The notes beneath the pieces are model-generated. The model ran no database searches, was not told the DNA's origin, and saw only the letters and a list, made by a program, of their open reading frames with translations. The translations under genes were made by a program, and so were the position numbers. From positions 320,001 through 384,000 of the forward strand of contig JAXSNR010000001.1 of NCBI GenBank assembly GCA_037925075.1: 64,000 nucleotides of DNA. The letters run 5' to 3'. Source of the DNA: Aquificaceae bacterium (GTDB taxonomy: Bacteria; Aquificota; Aquificia; Aquificales; Aquificaceae). Shown piece after piece: positions 37,567 through 47,338 of this stretch (within the stretch, counting starts at the first letter, position 1; each line of letters starts with the position of its first letter).

Positions 37567-38366
37567 TGGTGCCAAGGGCTTTGACCATAGCAGGTTCAGA
37601 CAGCGGTGGTGGTGCGGGCATTCAGGCGGACCTCAAAACCTTCACTGTGCTTGGTGTCTATGGTATGAGTGCCATAACCTCTATAACTGTTCAGAACACT
37701 CTGGGAGTTTATGAGGTTTTAGACCTTCCACCTCACGTGGTTTATAACCAGATAAAGGTGGTAGTGGAAGACATAGGCGTGGACGCTTGCAAAACGGGCA
37801 TGCTTTCCAATGAGGAAATCATAAAGGCGGTTGCAAGGGCTGTAAGGGACTTAAAGATTGAAAGGGTAGCGGTTGACCCAGTTATGAGGGCAAAGTCGGG
37901 AGACCCGCTTTTAAAAGAGTCCGCAAGAGAAGCCCTTATAAAAGAAATACTTCCCCTTGCCCTTGTGATAACTCCAAACATACCAGAGGCGGAAGAGCTT
38001 TGTCGCTTTAAGATAAAAACCCTTGAGGACATGGAAAAGGCTTGTAAAAAGATACTTTCCTACGGACCATCTTCTGTGGTGCTTAAAGGTGGGCATATGG
38101 AAGGTGAGGAATCTGTGGATGTGTTCTACGATGGGCTTTCCTTTGAGTACTTAAAAGGTAAGTTTATAAAAACGAAGAACACTCACGGCACAGGCTGTAC
38201 CTTCTCTTCCGCCATAACAGCCTACTTGGCAAAAGGTTATAGCTTAAAGGATGCGGTCAAAGGTGCAAAAGAGTACATCCAAAAAGCCATAGAAAACTCT
38301 TTACCTCTTGGCAAGGGACACGGACCCCTGAACCACATGTGGCCCTTTTATTCTTTTAAAACATAA
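37566..38366 (+). CDS. thiD: Hydroxymethylpyrimidine/phosphomethylpyrimidine kinase
   Basis: IAGSDSGGGAGIQADLKT and HGTGCT motifs. Confidence 0.95.
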   Translation: MVPRALTIAGSDSGGGAGIQADLKTFTVLGVYGMSAITSITVQNTLGVYEVLDLPPHVVYNQIKVVVEDIGVDACKTGMLSNEEIIKAVARAVRDLKIERVAVDPVMRAKSGDPLLKESAREALIKEILPLALVITPNIPEAEELCRFKIKTLEDMEKACKKILSYGPSSVVLKGGHMEGEESVDVFYDGLSFEYLKGKFIKTKNTHGTGCTFSSAITAYLAKGYSLKDAVKGAKEYIQKAIENSLPLGKGHGPLNHMWPFYSFKT

Positions 38367-38701
38367 GCGACAGCTACGGAGAACTCCCTCTCGTGAGACA
38401 AGGATACCATTACTTTAGCATCTTCAAAGCCCTTTTTCAATATTCTTACTCTGGCGGGCTTTCCCCTGTCTCCAAGCACCTCTATCTCCGAAAACCTTAG
38501 AACCACTCCATAAGCCTGATAGAAAGCCTTTAGCACCGCCTCCTTACAAGCCCATCTTGCGGAAAGGCATTCATAAAAGGTTTGCTGACCAGTGCAATAC
38601 CTAAGCTCTTCTTCCGTGTAAATGCGTTTAAGAAATCTCTCTCCAAACCTATCTACCGCAGACCTAATTCTTTGATTGCTCACTATGTCTATACCCACCA
38701 T
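38348..38701 (-). CDS. acpS: Holo-ACP synthase
   Basis: GIDIV, RWACKEA and SLSH motifs. Confidence 0.93.
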   Translation of the reverse strand: MVGIDIVSNQRIRSAVDRFGERFLKRIYTEEELRYCTGQQTFYECLSARWACKEAVLKAFYQAYGVVLRFSEIEVLGDRGKPARVRILKKGFEDAKVMVSLSHEREFSVAVAYVLKE

Positions 38702-38716
38702 GATAAACTATCTTAC

Positions 38717-39475
38717 ATGTCTTTACTCACGCTTAGTATAGTTTGCTATTTTTTAGCTTTTGTGTCTTCTTTGGTCTCCTATTTTACTAATGCTGTTAGA
38801 AAGCTTACCAGCCTTCTCCTTCTGTCCGCCTTAATACTCTACATGCTATACGTAAGCATTTTGTCCTTTAAGGTTCGTGGCTTCCCTTTTGCGGACATCT
38901 ACGGTTTTTATTCTCTACTTGGAAACGCCATGCTTAGCCTTCTTATAACCTTGTCCATAAGGTACGACTATCTTTGGAAATTTTCCGCCTTTTTTGCCAT
39001 ATTTGGAATACTTTCAACCCTGTTGGCTATGCCCGCAGAACCTTCCCCTTACAAAAGCCCCTTGTATTCCCTTCACATCACCTCCGCCCTTGCGTCCTAT
39101 GCCTTTGCCTTCTTTGGTGGATTTTCATCCATACTCAAGCTTGTCCTTGAGACAAGACTAAAGCACAAAAACATCACGGGCTTTTTCATGCCCCTTAGCT
39201 TTCTAAGAGCTTTGGAAAGGCTTTCTATAAACCTTAGCTTTGTCTTTTTTACCCTTACCCTTATCTTTGGAAGTTTTTGGAGCAGGAGCTTTTTTGGAAA
39301 ACACTGGGTGAGCGACCCAAAGCTAATCTTTGTGCTTTATCTATGGACATACTATGCAGTGGTAGTTCATCTTAATCTTCTCAAAAGGATAAAACCCAAA
39401 ACCCTCTCCTATGCCATTATACTGGGCATGATTTTCACCGTGCTAAACATACTCCTTGTAAGACATGAACTGTAA
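38717..39475 (+). CDS. Cytochrome c biogenesis CcsA/HemX-like membrane protein
   Basis: Multi-TM, LHITS, GSFW...W..DPK motif; start trimmed to avoid overlap with acpS. Confidence 0.8.
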   Translation: MSLLTLSIVCYFLAFVSSLVSYFTNAVRKLTSLLLLSALILYMLYVSILSFKVRGFPFADIYGFYSLLGNAMLSLLITLSIRYDYLWKFSAFFAIFGILSTLLAMPAEPSPYKSPLYSLHITSALASYAFAFFGGFSSILKLVLETRLKHKNITGFFMPLSFLRALERLSINLSFVFFTLTLIFGSFWSRSFFGKHWVSDPKLIFVLYLWTYYAVVVHLNLLKRIKPKTLSYAIILGMIFTVLNILLVRHEL

Positions 39476-39980
39476 AAGGGTTTTTCTTGTGGGGTTTATG
39501 TGCAGTGGGAAAAGCACTATAGGAAAGCTTCTTGCCAACAGACTGGGTTGGAAGTTTTTGGATGTGGATGAGGAGCTTGAAAAGGTAGAGGGGATGAGCA
39601 TACCCCAGATTTTTGAAACGCGAGGAGAAGACTACTTCAGAAAACGCGAGCTTGAGGTCCTTATGGACTTAGCCAAAGAGGAAAAGCTTGTCGTAAGCAC
39701 CGGTGGTGGTCTGGGTGCAAACCTTCAAGCGATGGAGTTTATGAAAAGCTCAGGACTTGTGGTTTGGCTTAGCATAGATTTTGAAGCATTTCTACGCAGA
39801 TGTGGAAAAAACCCGTCAAGACCACTCTTGAAGAAAAGTAAGGATGAACTCCTTAGAATCTTTGAAAATAGGTCCGAGGCATACCGCAAAGCTCATCTTA
39901 AGCTTGATGGCACTTTGGAGCCTTACGCAATTGTGGAAGAAATAATACACGCTTGCAAGGGGAGTTTTTATATCTTATAA
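39465..39980 (+). CDS. aroK: Shikimate kinase
   Basis: GFMCSGKST, GEDYFR, STGGG and RPLL motifs. Confidence 0.94.
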   Translation: MNCKRVFLVGFMCSGKSTIGKLLANRLGWKFLDVDEELEKVEGMSIPQIFETRGEDYFRKRELEVLMDLAKEEKLVVSTGGGLGANLQAMEFMKSSGLVVWLSIDFEAFLRRCGKNPSRPLLKKSKDELLRIFENRSEAYRKAHLKLDGTLEPYAIVEEIIHACKGSFYIL

Positions 39981-40001
39981 TGAACTCAGAAGGAGGTAAG
40001 T

Positions 40002-40745
40002 ATGCTTAAAAAAGTTGGATTTTTATCTATGGCTATAGCCACAGCATTAACTTTGAACGCTTGTGGGCAAAGCTCCGCCAAATGCCCATCAAAGGACCAG
40101 ATAAAGGCCTCTGTAAAAGACCTGATACCACAGGACTTTACCGTTGAGTCCGTATCCCAGCTTCAGAACATAAAGGGTCTTTGTGAGGTGGTGGTCAAGG
40201 TTGGTGCCCAGCCTCTGGTTTTTTACATGGATGGCAAGGGAGAATATCTACTTGCGGGGAACCTCATAAGCCTAAAGGACAAAAAGAACATAACAAGAGA
40301 CAGACAACAAGAGTTTATGAAGGTCTCCGCAGAACAACTTAAAGAGTTAGAAAAGCACGTGAATATAAAACAGGGAGAAGGCAACAAATACATATACTTT
40401 ATAACAGACCCAGACTGTCCCTTCTGTAAAAGAAGCAATCCTATAGTGGAAGAGTGGGCAAAGAAAAACAACGTTCAGATAAGGGTTATCTTCTTCCCAC
40501 TCCCCATACATCCTGAAGCCTTTGGTAAAGCAGTGGCAGTCATATGCGACAAGAAGGGCTTTAAAGAGTATGCGGAAGGTTATACATCCCAAAACCAATG
40601 TGAAGATGGAAAGAAAGCGGTTCAAGCAAATCTTGAGTATATGAACAAGCTGGGCATAGGTGGAACGCCTACCTTTATAGGTATGAACGGCAAAATGCAT
40701 TCAGGAGTGCCTACGGAGGAGGACCTTAACAAGCTCATAAACTAA
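40002..40745 (+). CDS. dsbC: DsbC family thiol:disulfide isomerase (lipoprotein)
   Basis: Lipobox LNAC; TDPDCPFC and GTP motifs. Confidence 0.85.
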   Translation: MLKKVGFLSMAIATALTLNACGQSSAKCPSKDQIKASVKDLIPQDFTVESVSQLQNIKGLCEVVVKVGAQPLVFYMDGKGEYLLAGNLISLKDKKNITRDRQQEFMKVSAEQLKELEKHVNIKQGEGNKYIYFITDPDCPFCKRSNPIVEEWAKKNNVQIRVIFFPLPIHPEAFGKAVAVICDKKGFKEYAEGYTSQNQCEDGKKAVQANLEYMNKLGIGGTPTFIGMNGKMHSGVPTEEDLNKLIN

Positions 40746-41861
40746 ATGCAATGGATAGAGGAAGAGCTTTTAAGTCTAAAGGCTAATAATCTTTACAGAC
40801 AAAGGTATCTCAGAGAAGGTCTTTTGGACTTTTGCTCCAACGATTACCTTGCCCTGAGGGACCACCCTGAGGTGGTTGAAGAAGCCATAAAGGCTCTCAA
40901 AGAATATGGGCTTGGTTCTGGGGCATCCGCTTTAGTTTCTGGCTATACAAAACACCACAGGGACCTAGAGGAAAAGCTTTCGGAGTTTAAGGAAACACCT
41001 TGTTGTGTTCTCTTTGGCTCTGGCTATCTTGCCAACCTTGGTACAATAACCTCCCTTGTAGGAGAAGGAGACCTCATACTGAGCGATGAGCTAAACCACG
41101 CCAGCATAATAGATGCCTGTAGGCTTTCAAAGGTTAAGGTGCTTGTCTACAGGCACAGAGATTATGAGCATCTTGAAGAGCTTCTCAAAAACTTCAGAAA
41201 GAACCACAGAAGATGCCTTATAGTCACAGATACAGTTTTTAGTATGGATGGAGACATAGCGGACATAAAAGCACTTAAAAAGTATGCAAAAGCCTACGAT
41301 TGTATGCTTTATTTAGATGAAGCTCATGCGACGGGCGTGCTTGGAACTTCAGGAAGGGGAGGGTTAGAAGAATTTAAAGAAGGGTGGGAAGAGTACATAG
41401 TGATTATGGGGACTCTCTCTAAAGCCCTTGGCTCATATGGTGCCTTTGTATGCGGTTCTAAAGCTCTTTGTGATTATCTGGTAAATAGGGCAAGGAGTCT
41501 TATCTTTTCCACATCTTTACCACCTGCTGTATGTGCGGGTGCAAAAAAGGCTCTTGAGATAATCCAAAAGGAGCAATGGAGAGTGAGAAAACTAAAGGAG
41601 AAAAGTGAGATGATTTACCGTGAGCTTTCTAAACTTGGGCTTGAGGTTCTCTTCCATGGTACCCCCATACTACCAATAATGACTTACGAGGAAAGTAAGG
41701 CCCTTTACATAAGAGACAAACTCCTTGAGAAAGGGATGTTGCTTCAGGCTATAAGGTATCCTACAGTTCCAAAGGGAAGGGCAAGGCTAAGGCTTACAGC
41801 AAGCTTAAGGTATAAGGAAGAGGACCTTGAAAGGCTCTTTGAAGCTTTTGAAAAACTTTAA
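40746..41861 (+). CDS. bioF: 8-amino-7-oxononanoate synthase
   Basis: SNDYL, NHASIID, DEAHA and TLSKA motifs. Confidence 0.93.
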   Translation: MQWIEEELLSLKANNLYRQRYLREGLLDFCSNDYLALRDHPEVVEEAIKALKEYGLGSGASALVSGYTKHHRDLEEKLSEFKETPCCVLFGSGYLANLGTITSLVGEGDLILSDELNHASIIDACRLSKVKVLVYRHRDYEHLEELLKNFRKNHRRCLIVTDTVFSMDGDIADIKALKKYAKAYDCMLYLDEAHATGVLGTSGRGGLEEFKEGWEEYIVIMGTLSKALGSYGAFVCGSKALCDYLVNRARSLIFSTSLPPAVCAGAKKALEIIQKEQWRVRKLKEKSEMIYRELSKLGLEVLFHGTPILPIMTYEESKALYIRDKLLEKGMLLQAIRYPTVPKGRARLRLTASLRYKEEDLERLFEAFEKL

Positions 41862-41894
41862 CCCCCTCCCACCCCTTCAATCCCTCCCATACCC
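41862..41894 (-). other. Predicted G-quadruplex-forming sequence
   Basis: Minus strand reads GGG TAT GGG A GGG ATTGAA GGGG T GGG A GGGGG. Confidence 0.6.
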
Positions 41895-41904
41895 ATCTTC
41901 TAAA

Positions 41905-43275
41905 TTACCTTACCAAGTTTATGGTATCCTCAAGCACCGCGTTTGAAGAGATTATTACCCTTGTGTTTGCTTGGTATGCCCTTTGGGCAGATATTAAGTT
42001 TATAAACTCAGAAGCAATATCCACATTGGACATCTCCAACATGCCGGACCTAACCTTTTCTGCACCTCCGGGAGTCATTATGGTAGGTGTGGAAATGGAA
42101 GTGTAGAGATTTGACCCCTTTTTTGTTAATTCCTCCGGGTCTGAAAACACAGCCACTGCAACCCTGTACAAGGGGAGAGATTTTCCGTTGGAATAAACAC
42201 CCACCACCGCACCATCCTCAGAAAGAACGTACACATCCACAAGGTCACCCTTGGCATAGCCGTTCTGGTCCGCGGTTACAAGAAAATCCGCAGAGTATTG
42301 AGTTATGTAGGAGTTTGGTATCGGGTCTCCATTGTTAACGGTCACAGCTTGAAGAGATTCCCCAACGTATATCCTCCAGTCGGTGGCTACAGGAAAGGTT
42401 CCACCGCTAGGAGTTGTAGCGGGTACAGTCAGGGAGCCTGGATCAAGATAGTAATAATAGCTTTTGCCATCAGGAGAGGGTTCTCTTGTAACTACGGTTC
42501 CATCGTAGATTAATCTTCCAGAAGCATCAAATTGAACACCTGTCCAGTCTCCAGAAAGCTCATATCCTGCAGTGGCAGGGTCAATATCCGACCTGAGGTA
42601 TATCTCCCACGTGTTTGTTCCGCTTTTCCTGAAAAATAGGTCGGCTTGATAGGGTGTGCCAAGGCTGTCGTATATGGTTATGGTGTATTTGTAGTTGTAG
42701 CTTGCAGGGTTGTTAGGGTCAAAGGTCGCAGCAGGCACACCAGCATCCGCATTAAGGTTAGTGGGACCTAAAAACCTTATCTGTCCCGTTGCATTTGGTG
42801 GAAGCTGAGGCAATATATGAATATCTTCAAGACCTGTTCCCACAGTTTTTCCCTTCTCGTCCACCCTAAAACCCTGAAGTTTTAAGCCCCCAGAATTTAC
42901 CATATAGCCATCCCTGCTTATCCTAAATTGGCCATCTCTTGTGTAGTAATTGGTTCCTGAAATAGGGTCTTTTATTATAAAGAGACCTCTGCCCTGTATG
43001 GCGAGGTCTGTGTTTATACCCGTTTGCTTAAAATTACCTATTGTCCAGAGCTTTTGTGTACTGTCAACCAAAATGCCCGCTCCGTAGGTAGTGGACTTTA
43101 TAGTGTTTGTTACCGTATTCAGACCAATTGTAACTGAAGAGATAACATCTTGAAAGATGGGTCTACTTCCCTTAAAACCTATGGTGTTTACGTTTGCCAT
43201 ATTGTCCGCGGTTATGTCCATCCATGTTCTGTAAGCGTTCATGCCCGTTACTGCGTTAAAAAAGCTCCTCATCAT
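41905..43275 (-). CDS. flgE: Flagellar hook protein FlgE
   Basis: NMANVNTIGFK, YTRDGQF, YDSLG and LEMSNVD motifs. Confidence 0.94.
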   Translation of the reverse strand: MMRSFFNAVTGMNAYRTWMDITADNMANVNTIGFKGSRPIFQDVISSVTIGLNTVTNTIKSTTYGAGILVDSTQKLWTIGNFKQTGINTDLAIQGRGLFIIKDPISGTNYYTRDGQFRISRDGYMVNSGGLKLQGFRVDEKGKTVGTGLEDIHILPQLPPNATGQIRFLGPTNLNADAGVPAATFDPNNPASYNYKYTITIYDSLGTPYQADLFFRKSGTNTWEIYLRSDIDPATAGYELSGDWTGVQFDASGRLIYDGTVVTREPSPDGKSYYYYLDPGSLTVPATTPSGGTFPVATDWRIYVGESLQAVTVNNGDPIPNSYITQYSADFLVTADQNGYAKGDLVDVYVLSEDGAVVGVYSNGKSLPLYRVAVAVFSDPEELTKKGSNLYTSISTPTIMTPGGAEKVRSGMLEMSNVDIASEFINLISAQRAYQANTRVIISSNAVLEDTINLVR

Positions 43276-43277
43276 GG

Positions 43278-43925
43278 CTAAACCCCTCCTGCATAGATTA
43301 ATCTTGATGGAGAGACAAGCTCCCCACTCTCAAGCTCAAAAAACATCTCACCTCCCGATACATTTACAGATTTTACCCTTCCCACAATACCAAGACTTAC
43401 TCCATCAATAGGGAAACCATTTTTAAATAGTTTGACACTGAACTGACCCTTTGGTAGGTCTTTCAGGTCAAGCGAGTTCAACCCCTTGCTTATGTCAAGC
43501 TCTATTTCCTTTATTACATCATCCCCGTCCATAAACTTTAGGGTGGCACCCTTTATGTCTTCAGAAGACAGAAGATAATACTGCCCACCTTTTAGTGTGT
43601 CTACTCTGTCTGTGGAGAATACAAACTCCTTACCTATGAGGTTAAGGCTCGAGAGAAGTGTAATCTGATTAAACCATCCTTTGAGGTCCTCCACAAATCC
43701 TTTCATATCGTTCATATACCTAATCTGATTCAACCTTGTCATGTCCTCCAACATTTTTGAGAGGTCCTGAGGTTGGAATGGATCCTGATACTTGAGAGTT
43801 TCCATGTATATCTTTAGGAAGTCTTCTGAGGATAGATTGTCTACGCCCTGAGTGTAGTTCTTCGGCACAACCTTTGGTTCTGGGGGTTTTATGTCGTAGG
43901 GGTTTTTAACTCTAAACTCCGCCAT
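43278..43925 (-). CDS. flgD: Flagellar hook capping protein FlgD
   Basis: EDFLKI...YQDPFQP motif; upstream of flgE; start trimmed to MAEFRV. Confidence 0.85.
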   Translation of the reverse strand: MAEFRVKNPYDIKPPEPKVVPKNYTQGVDNLSSEDFLKIYMETLKYQDPFQPQDLSKMLEDMTRLNQIRYMNDMKGFVEDLKGWFNQITLLSSLNLIGKEFVFSTDRVDTLKGGQYYLLSSEDIKGATLKFMDGDDVIKEIELDISKGLNSLDLKDLPKGQFSVKLFKNGFPIDGVSLGIVGRVKSVNVSGGEMFFELESGELVSPSRLIYAGGV

Positions 43926-44169
43926 CCTTTCTCCCTCCCTTCTGTTTTTCAAATTCTTCAGCCAATATCTGTGCAAAGGTTTTCTGCTGGGATTGTTGAG
44001 ACTGTAAAGTGCCTTTGAGGTCGTAGACCCTTTGCTCCTTTTTTATTATGAGCTGGTCGTCCTTTACCTCAATTCTTACCAAGTCCCCCTCCTTTAGCCC
44101 AAGCTTTTTTCTAACATCACTGGGAAGGGCAACCAAACCCCTTGCCATTATTTTTGCAACTTCGTCCAT
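43912..44169 (-). CDS. AbrB/MazE/SpoVT family DNA-binding protein
   Basis: ARGLVALPSDVRKKLGLKEGD swapped-hairpin motif. Confidence 0.85.
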   Translation of the reverse strand: MDEVAKIMARGLVALPSDVRKKLGLKEGDLVRIEVKDDQLIIKKEQRVYDLKGTLQSQQSQQKTFAQILAEEFEKQKGGRKDGGV

Positions 44170-44176
44170 AGGTATG

Positions 44177-44219
44177 ATTATATACCTGTTTTAGAAAATG
44201 TCAAGAGGTTTGACATTTT
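44177..44219. promoter_or_regulatory. Divergent promoter with perfect inverted repeat
   Basis: AAAATGTCAA-GAGGT-TTGACATTTT (44195-44219); minus-strand TTGACA-16-TATAAT ending 7 nt before the abrB ATG. Confidence 0.6.
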
Positions 44220-44290
44220 TTATTGTCAAACAAAAAGCAATTATCAAATACAAGATAAGCCCTTAAAAATGTCGTATAATTTTCTATTCA

Positions 44291-45874
44291 ATGAGCCTTC
44301 AGCCAACAAAGATACCTCTTACCGTAAAGGAGTTTGACGAGCAAAGGGTAGGATTTTGTGCGGGCTGTGGATGTGCCTGTGGATACATCCTCTACAAAAA
44401 AGAGGGCAAGATAGTAGACCTTTACGGGCATCCCGCGGACACAAGGGGTATGGGAAGCTTTTGCACCAAGGGAATAACCTACATACAGGAGATACCTAAC
44501 AATCCTATGAGATTAAAGGGAGTCTTTATGAAAAGGGGAGAGGAGTTTATGCCCATTGAGTACTCACAAGCCACTGAGATTCTTAAGGAAAAAGTAAAAA
44601 AAGGGAAAACAGCCTTCTTGCTTGGTAGGCAGGCGGGTCTTGAAGAGTACCTTATGGCCAAAAGTCTTTCGGAAGAGGTTTTCGTAGATGCTCCAGTGGT
44701 GAATTTTATGCATTCAAGCCTTAAACCTACCGATTGGAAAAAGGTAAAGTTCATACTCTCTGTGGATGCGGAGCCGGTCTTTTCTGAGGTGATGTCCATG
44801 AGGTGGGTTGTGGATGCGGTAGAAGGTGGGGCTTACCTTTTCTGTCTTTCCAGCAGGTACGAGACCATGTGTGCAAAAGCCAAGGAAAGACTACTTTTAA
44901 AACCAGACGCCATCATAAAGTTTCTTAAAGGCCTTCTTGAACCTGATAGAGGTGATAGCAAGGTTGATTTTGTAAAGAAGAGCCTGTTTCTTATGAGGGG
45001 TTCCCTTGTGCTTGTAGGTGCACATCTTCTTAATTCGCCCTTTAGGGGGTCCCTACTTTCCATACTTTCCGGTCTTAGAGAAAAGTTTGGGGTCAATCAC
45101 AGCTTGGTGGGGGATGTGATGCCCTTACCTGCCAAACCTCTTGAGGAGTTTTTCCAAAGGTTTGACGAATTTGAAAACCTTGTGGTGGTAGGGAACATTT
45201 TTAGATACCTAAAAGACGTCCACCTAAAAGCTCTGAGTGAAAAGTTTGTGGTAAGCTTTCAAGTTTTTCCCAACATAACCACCCATTATTCGGACCTTGT
45301 CTTTGCCCTAAGCATGTTTCAGGAGAGGGAGTTTATAAACTACAGGCATGGCTTTGGATATCTTGTTTATTCACCAAAGACCACAGATACGCAGGGGGTA
45401 TATAACCCAGCGGATGTGCTCAGAGAGGCTTTTGGGCTAAAGGCAAGCTTGGAAGAGCTTCTCAAGGAGTACGGAGTTGACTACGAAAGGCTCAAAGCGG
45501 AGGGCGAGGTGGACCTCAGAAGAGAAGACCTAAGCTCAGTAAAAGATGCAAGCCAGCATGAGATACAAGAAGCCGAGCTTTTCTTGTATACGGATAGCAC
45601 CCTTGTAGAAGATTTGGGTCGCTGGAATCCTTGGACCCATGAGATGGAAAGCTTTCAAAGGGCTTATATAAACCCAAACACCGCAAGAAAAAAAAGTCTC
45701 AAAGACAGCATACAGATAGGGGGAGTAATCTTTGACCTTATTACCACAGAAAACATAGCGGAAGGTGTTGTCTTTATACCCTCGGAGTTTGAGGAGTTTC
45801 AACCCTTTGAGCCGGGATACAGGGTCGGTGCTTTCCTAAAACATCCCTATCACAGATATGAGGTCCTGCCATGA
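44291..45874 (+). CDS. Molybdopterin oxidoreductase-family protein with N-terminal 4Fe-4S motif (short, divergent)
   Basis: CAGCGCACG...GSFCTKG...RL N-terminus; YINPNTA C-terminal dinucleotide-binding-like domain. Confidence 0.7.
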   Translation: MSLQPTKIPLTVKEFDEQRVGFCAGCGCACGYILYKKEGKIVDLYGHPADTRGMGSFCTKGITYIQEIPNNPMRLKGVFMKRGEEFMPIEYSQATEILKEKVKKGKTAFLLGRQAGLEEYLMAKSLSEEVFVDAPVVNFMHSSLKPTDWKKVKFILSVDAEPVFSEVMSMRWVVDAVEGGAYLFCLSSRYETMCAKAKERLLLKPDAIIKFLKGLLEPDRGDSKVDFVKKSLFLMRGSLVLVGAHLLNSPFRGSLLSILSGLREKFGVNHSLVGDVMPLPAKPLEEFFQRFDEFENLVVVGNIFRYLKDVHLKALSEKFVVSFQVFPNITTHYSDLVFALSMFQEREFINYRHGFGYLVYSPKTTDTQGVYNPADVLREAFGLKASLEELLKEYGVDYERLKAEGEVDLRREDLSSVKDASQHEIQEAELFLYTDSTLVEDLGRWNPWTHEMESFQRAYINPNTARKKSLKDSIQIGGVIFDLITTENIAEGVVFIPSEFEEFQPFEPGYRVGAFLKHPYHRYEVLP

Positions 45875-46536
45875 GGGTGGGGCTATGTGAGGACTCTATT
45901 GAATTTGAAGGTCTTTTGGTCAGGACTATAGGGTTGGACGTTTTGGAAGGCTATAAGTTTAGACAGTGGGCTGGCGGTGTTGACTTTTTTATAAAAGATG
46001 AGGAGGAGCTTAGGTTTTTCTTAGAAAATTATGGGGACTTTGTATATTCGGTGGGAAAGGAAAGCATGGAGGAGGTTGTAGGGAGGCTTTTAAGGGAAAA
46101 GGGCTTGAAGCTCGCCACCGCAGAAAGCTGTACGGGTGGGCTTCTCTCTGCAAGGATAGTGAATGTTCCCGGATCTTCCCATTACTTTGTGGGTGGCTTT
46201 GTGGTCTATGCCAACGAGCTTAAAACAAAACTTTTAGGAGTTGAGGAAGAAGCCATAAAAAAACACGGTGCGGTATCGGAGGATGTTTGTAGGCAGATGG
46301 CAGTGGGTGCCCTTGAGGAAACAGATGCGGACATATCCCTTGCCATAACGGGTATATCTGGACCAGAAGGTGGAACAGAAAAAAAGCCTGTAGGTCTCAC
46401 CTACATAGCCCTTGCCACAGACAGAGAGGTAAAGGTAAGGAGGTTTATTTTCAATGCCAGCAGGAACGAGAATCGTTTTATGGCTACCCAATGGGCTCTT
46501 GAAATGCTCAGGCAATACCTTATAAAGGGGGTCTAA
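45871..46536 (+). CDS. CinA C-terminal domain / NMN amidohydrolase (PncC-like)
   Basis: TAESCTGG, GSS, GAVSE and ITGISGP motifs. Confidence 0.88.
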   Translation: MRVGLCEDSIEFEGLLVRTIGLDVLEGYKFRQWAGGVDFFIKDEEELRFFLENYGDFVYSVGKESMEEVVGRLLREKGLKLATAESCTGGLLSARIVNVPGSSHYFVGGFVVYANELKTKLLGVEEEAIKKHGAVSEDVCRQMAVGALEETDADISLAITGISGPEGGTEKKPVGLTYIALATDREVKVRRFIFNASRNENRFMATQWALEMLRQYLIKGV

Positions 46537-46537
46537 A

Positions 46538-47329
46538 ATGCCAAAGATACATCCAACAGCCATAATAAGTGGGGAAGTGAAGCTGGGAGAAGACGTAGAG
46601 GTGGGTCCATACACCGTAATAGAGGGTAAGGTGGTCATAGGTGAAGGAACAAAAATAGGTGCAAGAGTATCAATAAAGGGCAAGGTCTGTATAGGTTCAA
46701 AGTGTAAGATCTATGATGGAGCTATTGTGGGAGAGGAGCCACAGCATCTAAGGTATATGGGAGAGGAAAGCGAGGTGATAGTGGGGAACAATGTGATAAT
46801 AAGGGAATACGCAACCATACACAGAGGAACAGCCATAGACAAGATGAAGACGGTGGTGGAGGATGATGTTATGCTAATGGCTTACGCTCATGTAGCCCAT
46901 GACTGCGTGGTGCGAAGGGGAGTCATCATGGCAAACTGTGCGACTCTTGGGGGTCATGTGGAAGTGGGGGAGTATGCCTTTATAGGAGGACTTTCTGCAG
47001 TCCATCAGTGGGCAAGGGTAGGAGCCTACGCCATGGTGGGAGGACTTTCTGGAGTATCTCTTGACATACCACCTTTTACTAGGGCATCGGGACAGCATGC
47101 TCATCTATACGGCATAAACACGGTTGGGCTTGAAAGAAGAGGCTTTAAAAAGGATGTTATAGCGGTGCTAAAAAGGTCCTACAGGATTCTTTTCAGAAGT
47201 GGTATGCTGAAGGAAGAAGCTATGGATCTACTACTTAAGGAATACGGACAGTACGAGGAGGTCAGGAGGTTGGTGGAGTTTATAAAGACTTCAAAGAGGG
47301 GCGTCGCAAGGGACGCAGGAAGGGGTTAA
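46538..47329 (+). CDS. lpxA: UDP-N-acetylglucosamine acyltransferase
   Basis: IHPTAII, hexapeptide repeats, HVAHDC. Confidence 0.95.
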   Translation: MPKIHPTAIISGEVKLGEDVEVGPYTVIEGKVVIGEGTKIGARVSIKGKVCIGSKCKIYDGAIVGEEPQHLRYMGEESEVIVGNNVIIREYATIHRGTAIDKMKTVVEDDVMLMAYAHVAHDCVVRRGVIMANCATLGGHVEVGEYAFIGGLSAVHQWARVGAYAMVGGLSGVSLDIPPFTRASGQHAHLYGINTVGLERRGFKKDVIAVLKRSYRILFRSGMLKEEAMDLLLKEYGQYEEVRRLVEFIKTSKRGVARDAGRG

Positions 47330-47338
47330 AATATTTCC

